Below are positions 12,640 to 25,617 of a stretch of DNA of 64,000 bases, piece by piece. The notes below the pieces were generated by a model. The model ran no database searches. It had not been told where the DNA came from and was given only the letters and a program-made list of their open reading frames with translations. A program made the translations under genes and the position numbers. Where the stretch lies: positions 89,590,001-89,654,000 of the forward strand of contig OZ024747.1 of NCBI GenBank assembly GCA_964016885.1. Direction: 5' to 3'. This stretch comes from Eledone cirrhosa (Eukaryota). Numbering within the stretch: the first letter of the stretch is position 1; every line of letters begins with the position of its first letter.

Positions 12640-13560
12640 ATAGCAATGCTCAATTTATAGAAAAGTTGTCGGTAGAAACTCCCTATGGTGTATCCAGTGT
12701 GTACAGTAAACATACAGGTGATGTAATGGGATAATGGGAAGGCCAATAGAGAGGGTACCCTTTATATGTGAAAAATATAGTCAATGGTAAGGTTTGTTAT
12801 AAAATAAATTCTCACAAATTTTTAGAAAGTACATTAGTAGATAGCTTTTCCTATCTAGGTAACCTCATGAACCAGAGTGAGAACAGCATAGAAGAATTTC
12901 AGGAAGTTGTTACCTCTGCTGGCTGCAAAGGACCTCTCGTCTTAAGTGAAGGGTAAATTATATGATGTTTGTGTTTGAAATGCTATGCTACATGGCAGCA
13001 AAACATGTGCTGAAAACAAACGATGTATACATAATTCATTGGATCTGTAATGAACATGAGTGCCAGAATGCAAGTGAACTAAAAAAAAAAAAAAAGCTGA
13101 GTATAAGAGGAATTGAATGTAGAGTGCAAGAGAAGCAATTGCACTTGTATCACCATGTGATGTTTAACCCTCTAGCATTTAAACCGGCTGTATCCGGCCA
13201 GAATTCTCTCACCTATTTTTGTTCAAACTGGCTGCTCATACTGACGTTAAGGTATTGTTTTCAAAATGAATAACATCAAAATCTCGTAGATCTGTTATGT
13301 GAGATAATTATGTAAGCTAAAACCTCTACCACAAAAAGACAATAGTATATATAGATTAATCTAAATGCTAAAGGATTAAGGAGAGCAAGTGCTGTTTAAA
13401 GAAGTGCCAAGCACTTGAAATAAATGGAACCTATAGTAGAGGGAGACCAAGGAAGACATGGGACAAAGTTGTGACGAACAACCTCAAGTATCTGAATCCC
13501 ATGAAGGAGCTGACACAGAACTGAGCTGACTCGGGATATGCCATAATACAAAAGACCCAC
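12640..13560 (+). mobile_element. Old degenerate RTE fragment (PHD region to C-terminus) interrupted by a MITE
   Basis: VGRNSLWCIQC (~12667), LVDSFSYLG, KLSIRGIECRVQEKQLHLYHHVM, then after the MITE RGRPRKTW (~13438). Homologous to 6279-7200. Confidence 0.85.
13168..13375 (+). mobile_element. piggyBac-type MITE (~210 bp) nested in the RTE fragment
   Basis: TTAA-CCCTCTAGCATTTA ... TAAATGCTAAAGGA-TTAA: terminal inverted repeats starting CCC, with a TTAA target duplication. Confidence 0.88.
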
Positions 13561-14586
13561 CCTCCAGTAGAAACGCTGTGACACTATAAATAAATGTGGT
13601 AAGAGACCTGAGTCTATATGGAGAAGAGAGTTCTCTTAACATACATTAGATAAACCTCTGTCACAGTGGAATATACTCAGCATTCATCTCTCTGAAGTCA
13701 TGTGTGAACAGACCAAGACAACATAGTTTAAGTACTCTCTGGCCATTTCTTACTGTTGGTGCCACAATAAAAAAAAAAAGCACCCAGTATGATTGGCAAA
13801 CTGAATATGACTTAGTTTGAATTTCCAATTTCGATCACTTCCTTTTGTCATCATCATTATCCACCTCATCACTATGTCTTTTTCATGTGACTATGGGCTC
13901 GATGAGTTGTTTAGAGGTCAAATCAGAGCAAGGGGTCATGTCATGTTTATATTACAAATGATCTACTTTTGACATGGCTTCTACAGTAGGATACCCTTCC
14001 TAACATCAACCACTTTACAGTTACAGTGTACTGGGAGGCATTTTATCTTGGCATAAACCCTACAGAGAGGTTTTCATGTTCTTGACAACCTTTGTTTGGT
14101 AAGGATTCTACAAAAACTTTTGATTACTCTCTTCTTAAAATAGACTTTTTTTGCCAATAAGAGAAACTATACAAAGAAAAACAAATTATACTGATCAAGG
14201 AAAATGCATGCTAATAATAATAATAATTTCAATTTTTATGATGGCTATAAAACGAGTTAAGATTCTATTCCTGAAAGTATTGTTCAATCTAAATCAGCAT
14301 TGATCATTCCATTGGTGCAATCGTTACCATTGTATTTTTCAACAAAAACAAACATTTGTTTAAACAGTAACCAAATTGTATGAAATAAAGAATGCTAAAA
14401 TCTGAATCAGTTTTTTAGCTTCAATAGCATTTATCTCACTATTTAAGTTCTAACATGTCTGTAATGAATGGTATTGATAGCCTAAAGAACTGTGGTAAGC
14501 TTGATTTAACAAATACTTGATAATTTTAATATTCCGAGTATAGTCTATACATTATAATATATATATTATATATAATTATATAGTAT

Positions 14587-15040
14587 TGTGTGTGTGTGTG
14601 TGTATATATTTATGTAGACAGTGTGTGTGTGTGTGTATATATTTATGTAGACAGTGTGTGTGTGTGTGTGTGTGTGTATATATTTATGTAGACAGTGTGT
14701 GTGTGTGTGTGTGTATATATTTATGTAGACAGTGTGTGTGTGTGTGTGTGTATATATTTATGTAGACAGTGTGTGTGTGTGTGTGTGTATATATTTATGT
14801 AGACAGTGTGTGTGTGTGTGTGTGTATATATTTATGTAGACAGTGTGTGTGTGTGTGTGTGTATATATTTATGTAGACAGTGTGTGTGTGTGTGTGTGTG
14901 TGTATATATTTATGTAGACAGTGTGTGTGTGTGTGTGTATATATTTATGTAGACAGTGTGTGTGTGTGTGTGTATATATTTATGTAGACAGTGTGTGTGT
15001 GCGTGTGCGTGTGCGTGTGCGTGTGCGTGTGCGTGCGTGC
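14587..15040. repeat. Compound minisatellite: 11 x [TATATATTTATGTAGACA(GT)n], then (GCGTGT)n
   Basis: Eleven copies of the fixed spacer counted, with variable GT-run lengths. Confidence 0.97.
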
Positions 15041-17224
15041 ATTTCCAATTGAAATATCTAAAAAGAGTAAGAAATAATTTAGAGAAATAGACAGCTTAAA
15101 AACTGAACATATGCTCTGAGCTGTTTTATTTCTGTTATTTAATGGGAATTGAATGATACAGTGCTGAAAAGTTATGCTCCAGAATATTTTCCCAAAAAAG
15201 CTGATTCAGAGTATAGTATTTTTTTTATTTCATATAATTTGGCTGCTGTTTTATATTTATATTCATCTAAACCCCCAGGTGATTCATACCATAGAAATAG
15301 TAATAAATGATAACAATAAAATAACTTCAGTGTGTTTGGTTGAAAAAACAAAAAAAAATGAAAGAAACAAGTTTATGCACCTCTCTATTTTCTTGGCATC
15401 AATATGGTAAATAGGCATAAAAATGCCTTATAATGGAAAAATCTAATAGGTGATTTGAAATGATAAGATTATCAGAAGGAATTTCTAAATGTAGAATTTT
15501 GTTGCAGCCTACATGAGATTTTTCTTTTTTCCTTTTCCATTCTATAATGTTTCATTTTCAGAGCTTAAAGAGCATAGTTCTTGACCTGGAATTAGGTTAT
15601 CATAGCAAGAGGTGATTGCTACTATAAACATAGAATGGAGAAAAAAAATAATAATAAATAAGTAAGTAATAAAGAAAGAAATAATATTGAAACTATAGAC
15701 TAATTCAACAATCGTTTGGTAATATTTCCTGAATGCCTTCCTCTATCTTTTTTTTTATGTTTTACTTTTTTGGTAGGCAAACTTCATGATAAGCAATGCA
15801 AGAGAGAAGGAAAATCCATAAATGCTAAACTGCTGTTAGAGATTAAAAATTGATCCAATGAATGCAAGAGCATCATTCAGAACTTCATTCTGCTCCATTT
15901 GATTTCATGATTTCATATCCCTAGCCAATTTCTGCTGGTGGCATGAGATCTAACTGCTTTAATACATTTTCTTTTTGTTTTTTTAAGGAAATTAAGTATT
16001 GTAGTTAGCAGGTTCAATTCATATTTAGTCAAGAGGCTTCAACTCATAAATTTATCTAGTTTATGTGAAATATTGTTTGTTTCTTTTTCAATCTAACTGG
16101 TTTGTTTGTTTATCTTTTTTTTTTTTTAAATAAGTTGAAATAATTAACACTTCTTCAAACATCTGAAGAATAATTTTGGAAAGTATAGCATTCGTATGAA
16201 TTTTCATATTTTTCAATTTCTAGAGACTAGTTTGATGTCATCAAAGAAAATAATATTTACCATTTGATTTTGTTGGTAAAGTTCACATTTTATTTTAAAA
16301 AAGCGTTTTTTGTTTTAAGTATATAGAATTTATATTTCGAAATGGCTAATTAGATTTTAAGTTTTATGGTGACTATTTGAATTAGACATTTTCTGCAATC
16401 TGTCTTTTAGTGACACTACTTAACTTGTTAAAATAAAATACAAAACCAACTACAGTAAATGATGTGTTAGTAAGAATGATAAAACAAACATTTTCTAAAG
16501 TTAACTGTAAATACATGTAGTTCAGTAAATACAAAAAGGGTATAATTGGATAGGTTTTTAATGGAAAAAAAAAAATCTATTAAACAATTTTTAAATCCCC
16601 AAAGTATAATTAAGGTGAAAAATATAGAAAATATCGAATGAGGACTAATTAGTTTGATCATTGCATTGGGGAATTCATTAAGAAAAATAATTTCATAAAA
16701 AAATAAAAAAAAAAGTTTTTAAATATAGAAAATATAGAAAATAAAATTGTTTTAGTGAACAAAAGTAAAACATAAAAGATGATGATGATGGTGATGATAA
16801 AGTTGTTGGTAATGAGGTTGTTAATATGAGGAATGAGGATTGTTATTGCCATCATCATTATAAACTTAGTGGTGATCATCATTCCTTTAATGTCTGCTTT
16901 CCTTTAGTATCAACAACTTCAGTCTATAAACTAAACATTGATTATGAATTTACTGTTTTAAAAAGTTTCAACATAAAACAAAGTATTTTGGTGAAGATTT
17001 TATACACATTTCCCATGAGATAGACTTTTCTTTGTTATATCCAGAATATTCTACATTATTACATTATATTCTTTATGTTAAAAAACATATATTTAAAAAT
17101 TATATCAATACTTCTGAGAAGTTAAAGAGCTGAACATTTATTTAGATCCTTAGAATAATAGTTTGGAGCAAGCTAATATCAATGATATGAGATAAACAGT
17201 GGTAAGAAACTCTCAGGAGAGCTA

Positions 17225-17870
17225 GACGGCAGAAGGTCTTCAGAGAAGAACCCCTCCCCCTCCTCAAGCGAGTGTTTTGGCCCTTAACTTCTTACACTCT
17301 AAGGGTGTCAGGCTGCATCCAGGTCATGACTCCTGGGGTCCCTTCTGCTGACATTTAGCCATTCAGAAATTGGACTGTGTAATTAGACCATATGGAAATT
17401 TTGTTGACAGGATCTAACTGGAACATTTTTCCATTGACTGCTTTCAAACATATTTAGCATTCATTAAAATACAAACATGATGCCTCATGTAATATGGAGG
17501 TCGTTTTTTTTTTTTTTTTTGTTTCTCCTCGCCCAGATCCAGCTGGAACTCCTTTCTGCTGCTTCTGATATTGCCTTTAGGGCTTTGATCCTTGTCTTCT
17601 CAGAGACAAAGTTGTTTCATGAGACTGAAGGCAGATTTGCCCACAATGCCTATCACACCAACCTCTTCAAAAGAGGTTAACTTCAATGATATGAGAGAAG
17701 TTATTAGCCCCACGAGCTGGAGTGGCTCTTCCAGTGAGTCTTCCTCATCATCCTCCAGGGAACTGCCTTCTCTATTCTGTCTGCCAGGGCCACGGGGATA
17801 GCTATTACATGGACCCCATTTAACAGTGAGAAATAGGGAGAGCAGGAGAGATGGAGACAGTGACAGTTTG
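17225..17870 (-). mobile_element. Degenerate 3' fragment of a HERO-like (RLE-endonuclease) non-LTR retrotransposon
   Basis: Minus strand: LFLTVKWG (cf. ELTVPWE), EEVGVIGIVGKS (cf. VEVGCRGFVG.S), then RIKALKAISEAAERSSSWIWARRN (cf. SEAAEKAS.WLW). Putative 3' UTR at ~17225-17355. Confidence 0.65.
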
Positions 17871-18159
17871 GTTCCTTTGTGTCTGGACCTAGTGTATATG
17901 TTTATATCCATTTATCGCACCACACGTCACATACATGTATGACTATATTATTCTATGTTGTACTTGAAATAATGTAATGGTATCTTGGAAAAGTTTAAAG
18001 TTCTGTTATATTTTATTACTTAGTAGCTGAGCTAAGTTAATTTGAAACAGTTGAACTTATTCCCTGCTTATGTTTTTCCCACAGAAGTTCAAACGGAACA
18101 GAACTTATCAGTCAGCAAAGACTACAGACATTGTTCTTCATTTGACGAAACAATTTGTT

Positions 18160-18360
18160 AGGTAGGCACAAGGCCAAAAATTTAGTACAAAGAAACAGTT
18201 GACTATATTGCCCTTGTACTTGACTGGCACTTTATTTAACTGACCCTGGTAGAATGAAAGGCAAGGTTGACTTTGGTGTAATTTGGACTGAGAATGTTTA
18301 GAGCTAAAACAACTATTAAAAGATATTTTATCTGATGCTCTCATTATTCTATCAATTCAC
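18160..18360 (-). mobile_element. tRNA-derived SINE family A, diverged copy
   Basis: GGCACAAGGCC...ACTGGCACTTTATTT...GAATGAAAGGCAAGGTTGAC; same family as 52960-53147. Confidence 0.75.
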
Positions 18361-20499
18361 CTTCCTTCTAAAGTAATTTGAAAACAAGTATCAAATACTA
18401 ACCACTGGAATGCTAATTGCTTTGAAAATTTCAGTCAAGCCATGCTAATACATTGAATGACATTAGCAATTCTTTTAGGAGCAGAAAATCATAGTAATGT
18501 GGCAAAACAGATGGAGAAATATTTATTTTGTAGTTGGTAATACCTACCAAAAATGTTTGAATCATTTATTTTGTAAAGATAAAACAGTTTTCTAATGTAA
18601 ACTTGCTGTAGGATTTGGACTCAAAACAGTCTGAGTGAAAAATGATTAAGCTTCAAGAACATTCGCCAAAATTTAACTAATTACATTGCTTAACATTGAT
18701 AAGAGAAACAGTTTTAGTCATAAAAAATTTCTAAAGACAAGATAGTTGTTGAATAGATACGATACTTGTTGACTTTCTCAGGGGTTAAAAAACTAAATAT
18801 ACTGTTAAAATTGTTATTTTTCTGGGCAGAACACATTATACATTACCTTTGTTCCCCTCCCCTTATCATTAGAGATGGGTACCAGATTTGGAAATATTAC
18901 CTGAAATAAATTACAGTCATATAGATCAGGAGGAGGGAATTTGTTTCACACTCACTTTACAGTTTTGAATCTAAAGGATAAGAACTGGCCTTCAAAAGGA
19001 AAGTACTGGCATTCCTAGGGTCTAGGAAACATTTATAGCAGGCATCTACCAAATGAAAAGAAAATACTTATGTCTCATAGAATCTTCAAAATGGTTTCAC
19101 CCCCACAATGCATCACAGCTGAACAAGTCAACTGTGTAAGGAAAAGGGATCTTTCTCTAAATTTTGAGTTTATTTTTGTCTAGCCACCTTCCTGGTGGCA
19201 AGAAAAGCATAGTTGACCTCGACAGGATTTGAATTAAGAAAGCAAAGAGCCAGCATGAATACTGTGATGCACTGTTCGTCATTCTAATGACTTTTCTAAT
19301 TCACCAAGAAAAAGGATACTGACAATAAAGTGAGCAAACAGTATAGAAGTCATTAACAAAAAAGGGTAAAGTTTATCAGATAAGAGAAAATTAAAGGGAA
19401 GAAAAATGGATAAAATCTATTAAATAAATGTTGCAATTGAAAATAATTGAGTTAAAGATATGAAAAAAATGTAAAAATGTAAAAATGTATAGAAAAAAAG
19501 GACTCAAACTTAAAATACTTAGAAAGGATTTAAAAAGAACTATGAACGTCTTTGAAATAACAATTAGAGATGTAAGTAAAACATAGGAGTTGAGTATAGG
19601 AAAAACAAAACATAACAGAAATGTAAAGTATGATGATCAGACAGACGACAAAGTAGAAAAATTACGATTTTTATCGAAAAGAATTTAAATACTTTTGCAT
19701 TTTAAGTGCAAAAAAAAAAAAAAAATAATAATACTTCAACCTTTATAAGCAGTGCAAAAGTTTGAATCAAGTATCTTTCTACATTAAAGTAAAATAATAC
19801 ACTTTAAAAATATAAAAAAAAAAATAAGAAATCTGTGATATTGAACATTTTGAACACTTGAGAGACAAAAATAAATTACATTCACTGAATACAATTGAAT
19901 AAAGTTTAAGGTTAGGTAGATATGTAGAAATAATAAGAGAGTATATATATTTATTGTTTAAAATATAAACAAACAAGTTTCTAATCAGGGATGGAGACAA
20001 TGTTATAGCAGAAAAGTAAGAAGCATTAGGTACAAGAGTGAATGACAGATTGTTGAAGATGAGTTTTTTGGTTTATTACCATTTTCTGTTTTGAAAATAT
20101 AAACAGTGTGGATGTACCTAATAAGTAAATTAATTCAGATAAGACCACTTTGAAGGCATAGGGATTTGGTTAAGACTACAACAATATTATCTCAGCAGAG
20201 GGAGCCAGTGGTAGTGGTGGGGTAGTGATGGTTGTAGTAGTGACAGTAATGGTGATTAGTATAATATAAGTACATACACACAAAATCTATATACAAAAGC
20301 TAACTTTGCTAGTCACCAGTTAATGGGCAACCAGAAACAAACCAAATTCAAAGTGCTTACCAATGTGTTCGAACACGGAAGAACCAAACTCCCACCGTCA
20401 TCGCCTCCATCTCTCTCGCGCTCCCCATCTCTGTATTATGAGCAAATGGTCGCCTCACAGCCTCGGTGGACAGAATGGAGAAGGTGTTCCCCGGAGGAT

Positions 20500-21170
20500 G
20501 GTAAGGAAGGAAGATGCACTGGAAGAGACATTCCATCTTGAGAGGCTCACACCTGTGGCTGGCCAGCTCAGCATCTATGGTGGTGAGTAGGGAGGTAGCC
20601 CTAGGGCCAAGGACAACCTCAAACCTGTTGGAGTAGGGCTATACTTTATTAGGACTGAAGCCTACAGGGAGCCAGAGTAATTGTCCCATTTCCCCCACCC
20701 CCACCCCATTAAATCCAGCCCCAACTATAGGACGCTCCCTTAAAAAGTAACAAGTTTGTAGTCAGCCAGTCATGTTGCCAGCAGAGGTAGTAGTAAATCG
20801 TGTGACAGACTATGTTGTACAGGTGATGTGGCAGAGAATGACCAGGTTGAAATATCCCAGCTATCTTATTACTTAGCTGTCTAATTTTGGTACCGTGATT
20901 CTTCTATGTGTGAAAGTTATATCTCCAAGCTCATAGGTCAGTGCCCAGGTGGTCGTATCCTTCCGAAAATCACACTTGGAAATTTCCTCACTTCTATGGA
21001 AGCCAGAAGGGGGGGAAAAAAAGGAAACATTGATGCCCATTAATATCATGGAAGAGGACAGTCCTGAGAGCTGTGAGGATGCCAAATCTCTTGCAGAAGA
21101 CCACAGAAGATGAAGATCTTTTGTTGCTGCCACAATGTTCCATATGAAATAAGAGGACCTAACTAACAGA
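20500..21170 (+). mobile_element. RTE-derived element: putative 5' UTR segment joined to an RTE C-terminus with (CTAA) tail
   Basis: 3' part reads LLWKPEG...AKSLAEDHRR*RSFVAA (cf. W.P.G...LAQDR..WRSFVAALC) and ends CTAACTAAC. The identity of the 5' GC-rich part is less certain. Confidence 0.55.
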
Positions 21171-21817
21171 TGTATGAGTTTTGTACAGTAACTATTTAAC
21201 TCAAATATTGGGCTGCTGTCGAAAGTTCTTGAGAAAAGTGAGATACTTTATGAGTTTTAAGAGAATTTGGATAACTAATTTATAAATGTTGTATGGAAAA
21301 AAATATTTAATTATTATATTCTCTTAGTTGACAAACCCAAAATCCTCATAGTAATTATTAATAACTCAAAGAAAATTAAGAAAATTTCCAGAAATTAAGA
21401 GTTAATCACTCAATGTTAATTTACATGCTTTGGGGAAAGGAAAAGTGTGATTATAGATAGAAATGGAGATAGATAGAAATGGAGATAGATTATGATAAAG
21501 GGTTGTTATTGTTATTGTTTAACCCCCATGTCACCTTTGATTGAACAGATATATGATCAAAGGCATTCCAGTCAGGACCATTCTGTCTTTTTAAGGGTAT
21601 CTAGAATCCATCATGCAATGTCTTTCCCTTTTTTCAAGATGATAGGATGTAATTTGAAGATTTCACTGCTATTTCTAGCATGTCCAAATGAAGTTCCCTT
21701 AATGAAGAGTTTATCAAATAGGTGGATCTATCTTGGTTTATCAACATATATTTCTTAGTGTGATAAGTATAGGTATAATAGGAAAGGACTAAAGTTAAAT
21801 AGTTGAGATCAGTTTAA

Positions 21818-22135
21818 CCCTTTAGCATTTACATTACTATTACATTTTCATGGTAAAGGATCTACCTCCTATAATTATCTCAATATGGGATATGAGATTG
21901 ATAGTTATTTTGAGAACAATATCTTAACCCTTTAGCATTTACATTACTCTATACTATTATATTTTCACAGTAAAGGCTTTATCTCATAATTATCTCTCAT
22001 TCTATCGAATCTATGAGATTGATATTTATTTTGAGAACAATACCTTAACATCAGTATGAGTGGCCAATTACAGCCAGTTTCAACATAAAGAGGTGAGAAT
22101 TCTGGCCAGTTATGGCCAATTTAAATGCTAAAGGG
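21818..22135 (-). mobile_element. piggyBac-type MITE: partial copy (21818-21927) followed by full copy (21928-22135)
   Basis: Two TTAACCCTTTAGCATTTACATTACT starts; terminal AAATGCTAAAGGG-TTAG. Confidence 0.85.
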
Positions 22136-23218
22136 TTAGAAGAATGAATATCAGTTAACAGAAGTAAGAAAGTGGCTGGTCAGTTGGCCACGCAGACAGT
22201 TTTGTGGAGAAATATAATTTAGACCAGTTTAGGAAAGCAAACATTAACTTTTACATGAAGATGATAATTATGATGATCACAATTTCTCTTTGAGGGCAAA
22301 AACCTCGTGATATCCAATGATAAATATATTTAGTTATTCACTCATCTTTAGATGAAAGAACTCCCTCGTTGCAAACTAATATTTGTATTGTGGTTTATTT
22401 AACTACTGCAGAAATCCAATTTTCGCAATTTAAAATCTTCCTTTTGATCTATTCATTCTAGACCTAGAACTTTGTTGGCATATCATCATTATTCTCATTA
22501 AAGGCATGCCACATTCACATTTATCAATCACATAAAATCTTGCTCAAGTAATATCCAAGTTTTGTATGAAATTATCTTGGGTGATTTGATTCACAAAAGA
22601 AAGTTAAAGAAGGAATGATCAGTGAGAAAATTGAAAGAAAGATCTAGCAAGAGACACATAAGAAAGAATCAAAGTATCAGACAGAATTGAATGTTTTCTG
22701 AGAAAAACAGGAGAAGACACATGACAACGGAGTTCAAAGAAGAATTGAAAGATTGCATAAATCCCAAATTTGGTCACATGTTATGAAATTGCTAATCAGA
22801 GTAGTCTTTCCCTAGTATTGCATTAATTAGGCTGGTAAGCTCGATGGTCCCTTGACTGATAGATCAAACTTGAGCTGCAAATGATATCAACTTTATTGGT
22901 TGTTTCATACAATGTCAGGTTTTGCTTCCTATTTGTATGGATTAAATTATATTCGTTATATAGACAACTATAAACCTAATAAGCATACAGCCTCTTGGTG
23001 GTAATATGTACACAATAAAAGCATGCCCCACTGATTTATTTATCAGGGAAGCCCTCTTTTATGCAAACCATTTTCTTTATCTAAATCAATAAAAAAAAAT
23101 AGCCTTGATTCCCAGGGTAACTATTTTAATTTCGCTTACAAATAAAGCTTTTAGTAAAGGGACACCAACTATACTTTCTCTCTCTAAACTAAAATCTTGA
23201 GTTTCACGACTACTTTAA

Positions 23219-23410
23219 CATACTAGCATTCACATTACTCTATATATACTATTGTATTTTCACAGAAAAGGCTTTATTATACATAATTATCTCATAATAT
23301 CGAATCTAAGATTTTGAGAATAATATCTTAATATCAGTATGAGTGGCCAGTTTGAACAGAAAGGGGCAAGAGGATTCTGGCCAGATATGGCCAGTTTAAA
23401 TGCTAAAGGG
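23219..23410 (-). mobile_element. piggyBac-type MITE
   Basis: TTAA-CATACTAGCATT...AAATGCTAAAGGG-TTAA; internal sequence matches the family. Confidence 0.85.
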
Positions 23411-23632
23411 TTAAAAAAAAATCAACAGCCAACAGTAAAGGCTTCTATGTAGTAACTTGACCTGTTAAAAATAACAGCCATTTCTCCCTTAAATATTTCC
23501 TATTGTCTTTGAAAGAGAATATATTGGGAAATGTGTTTCAATAGTAGAACCTATGCCTAAAAATGACAAGATGGTCATGGGTAGCACACATTTGATTATA
23601 TGCCTGCTTAATCAGGGTTGAAATGGTTTTAA

Positions 23633-23845
23633 CCCTTTAGCATTTAAACCAGCCATATCTGGCCATAATTCTCACCTCTTTTCAAACCAGCTGTAACTGG
23701 TCACTCATACTGATGTTAAGGTATTGTTCTCAAAATATATAATATCAATATCTCAGATTCGATATTATGGGAGATAATTACATGAGGTAAAGCCTTTACC
23801 ATGAAAATATAATAGTATATATAGAGTAATGTAAATTACAAAGTG
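23633..23845 (+). mobile_element. piggyBac-type MITE
   Basis: TTAA-CCCTTTAGCATTTAAACC...AAATTACAAAGTG-TTAA. Opposite orientation to the copy ~220 bp upstream. Confidence 0.87.
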
Positions 23846-25173
23846 TTAAATGACCACAACAGTAATAATCTATACTAAGTCAATATGATAGAGAAGTAGC
23901 AAGGCACTTCAATATGTAGATCTTCATTGCCTACGATCGAAAATGTTCCAGCTGTGAGCATTTTACGTTTTATGTAGACAGTGTAAGGACTACATAATCT
24001 AATGTTGCTCTTCATTTTTAAGACAATAATAGTGATTTTAGGGAGATTTAGCTGTTATTTCTAGCAGACAGACCGACTCTGCAGCAATTTCATTGTCTTT
24101 AGATACCTACATTGTTAGCAGAAGTATAAACTGATAATTAAACTGCATGTTTTTTTTATATAATTAACCTGTATGTTTTGTTTAGTATGGAAAACAGATG
24201 TTGAATGATGATGATATTTATATTTTCTTATTTGTAATCGTGGTAGCATAAACTGTGAAATTAGATTGCTTACAACCGGATTCCTTCTCAAATATTAACC
24301 AATTCAGATGGGAGTTCAGTTGAGGTAGATAATGTAAATAATAATATTACAGTCACAATTCTAGACATATAGGCAGCACCTGAGTATTTAGCACCTTAAA
24401 TGAGACCGACAACGTGCATCACCTTTCAGCTCTACAAAGTTATACAGTCAATACCCTCGTTACCCTCTCTACACTAGCTGAAAATTGCAGTCAAAAAATT
24501 ATAATTAACATGCAAACAAGAAATCTATAGTTTTATAATCATGCATATCACAGAAGAAATCTGTTATCTGGCAAAATTTGAAATGCTTTACATCAAATCA
24601 TATAACAGTTTATATCACCATACAACCCTCCCACTCCCCATACCCTCCATTATCCTCTGTTCTAGAAGTTTCTGTAACCTGTTCTCTTTATTACTAAATT
24701 TGATACACAACTGCCTGAAACCACTTCTGCTTCTGTGATGCAGATCAGTTTATTTTGAAGTATTTCTATTTATCTAAAGATCTACCATATTTATATATAA
24801 GAACTTTTGTTATGTTTGAAACACCATTTGAATGATGAAAATGTTAGTTATATTATTAAATCCCTCCAAATTCTTGAATACTTAAATAATTTGAAAATCA
24901 TAGGCAGTGTCTTTCTTTAGAAATATAATAACAAAAGGGTTAAAAAAATTTGTCCAAATCTCTGATTTCTGTTATCACATTCAAACATTTTAACACATTC
25001 ATTACCTTATTTCTAATAAAATACGATTCCCATAATTTTCAAAAGGATTTGAAAATCAATAATTTAAAGGAATTTTGTAATAAAACTAAATTTCTCATTA
25101 TTAAGCCAGTGTTTGGAGCATAACATAACGAACGTTCTTAGATGTGACTATGATGGAAGGTTTTTTCAATGAG

Positions 25174-25617
25174 CATCATCATCATCATTTAACATCCATT
25201 TTCCACGCTAGCATGGGTAGGACGGGCTGTACGTTAGGCAAAGGTTAGTTTGGATGATATTTCGCTCACACAAAACTGATTTTGGCTCGGTTTCTACTGG
25301 ATGCCCTTCCGAATGCCAACCACATTTTCAGTGTATGCTGGGTGCTTTTTGTCCTGACACCTACTTCACAGTGATCGCTAGGTGCTGTTTGTCACGACAC
25401 CTACATGACAACTTTACAGTATAGACTGGGTGCCTTTTTGTCATCACACCAACACCACTTTACAGGGTGGACGCGTGCTTTTCTGTCATCACACCAACAC
25501 GACCACTTTACAGTGTGGACCGGGTGCTTTTTGTCATGACACCAACACAACCACTTTACAATAAGGACTGGGTACATTTTGTCGTGACACCTACATGACC
25601 ACTTTACAGTGTGGACT
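25174..25617 (-). mobile_element. RTE 3' UTR-derived element with internal ~48-bp tandem repeats
   Basis: (CAT)n tail, CCACGCTAGCATGGGT, CTGGATGCCCTTCC, then about six copies of CCACTTTACAGTGTGGACTGGGTGCTTTTTGTCGTGACACCTACACGA. The same unit occurs twice in the RTE 3' UTR at ~6040-6140. Confidence 0.85.

Noticed and set aside
20530-20615. HDV-like ribozyme in the putative RTE 5' UTR
   Set aside because: Only a P1-like pairing (GCTCAC/GTGAGT) could be assigned; P3/L3 and P2 could not be built convincingly by eye.
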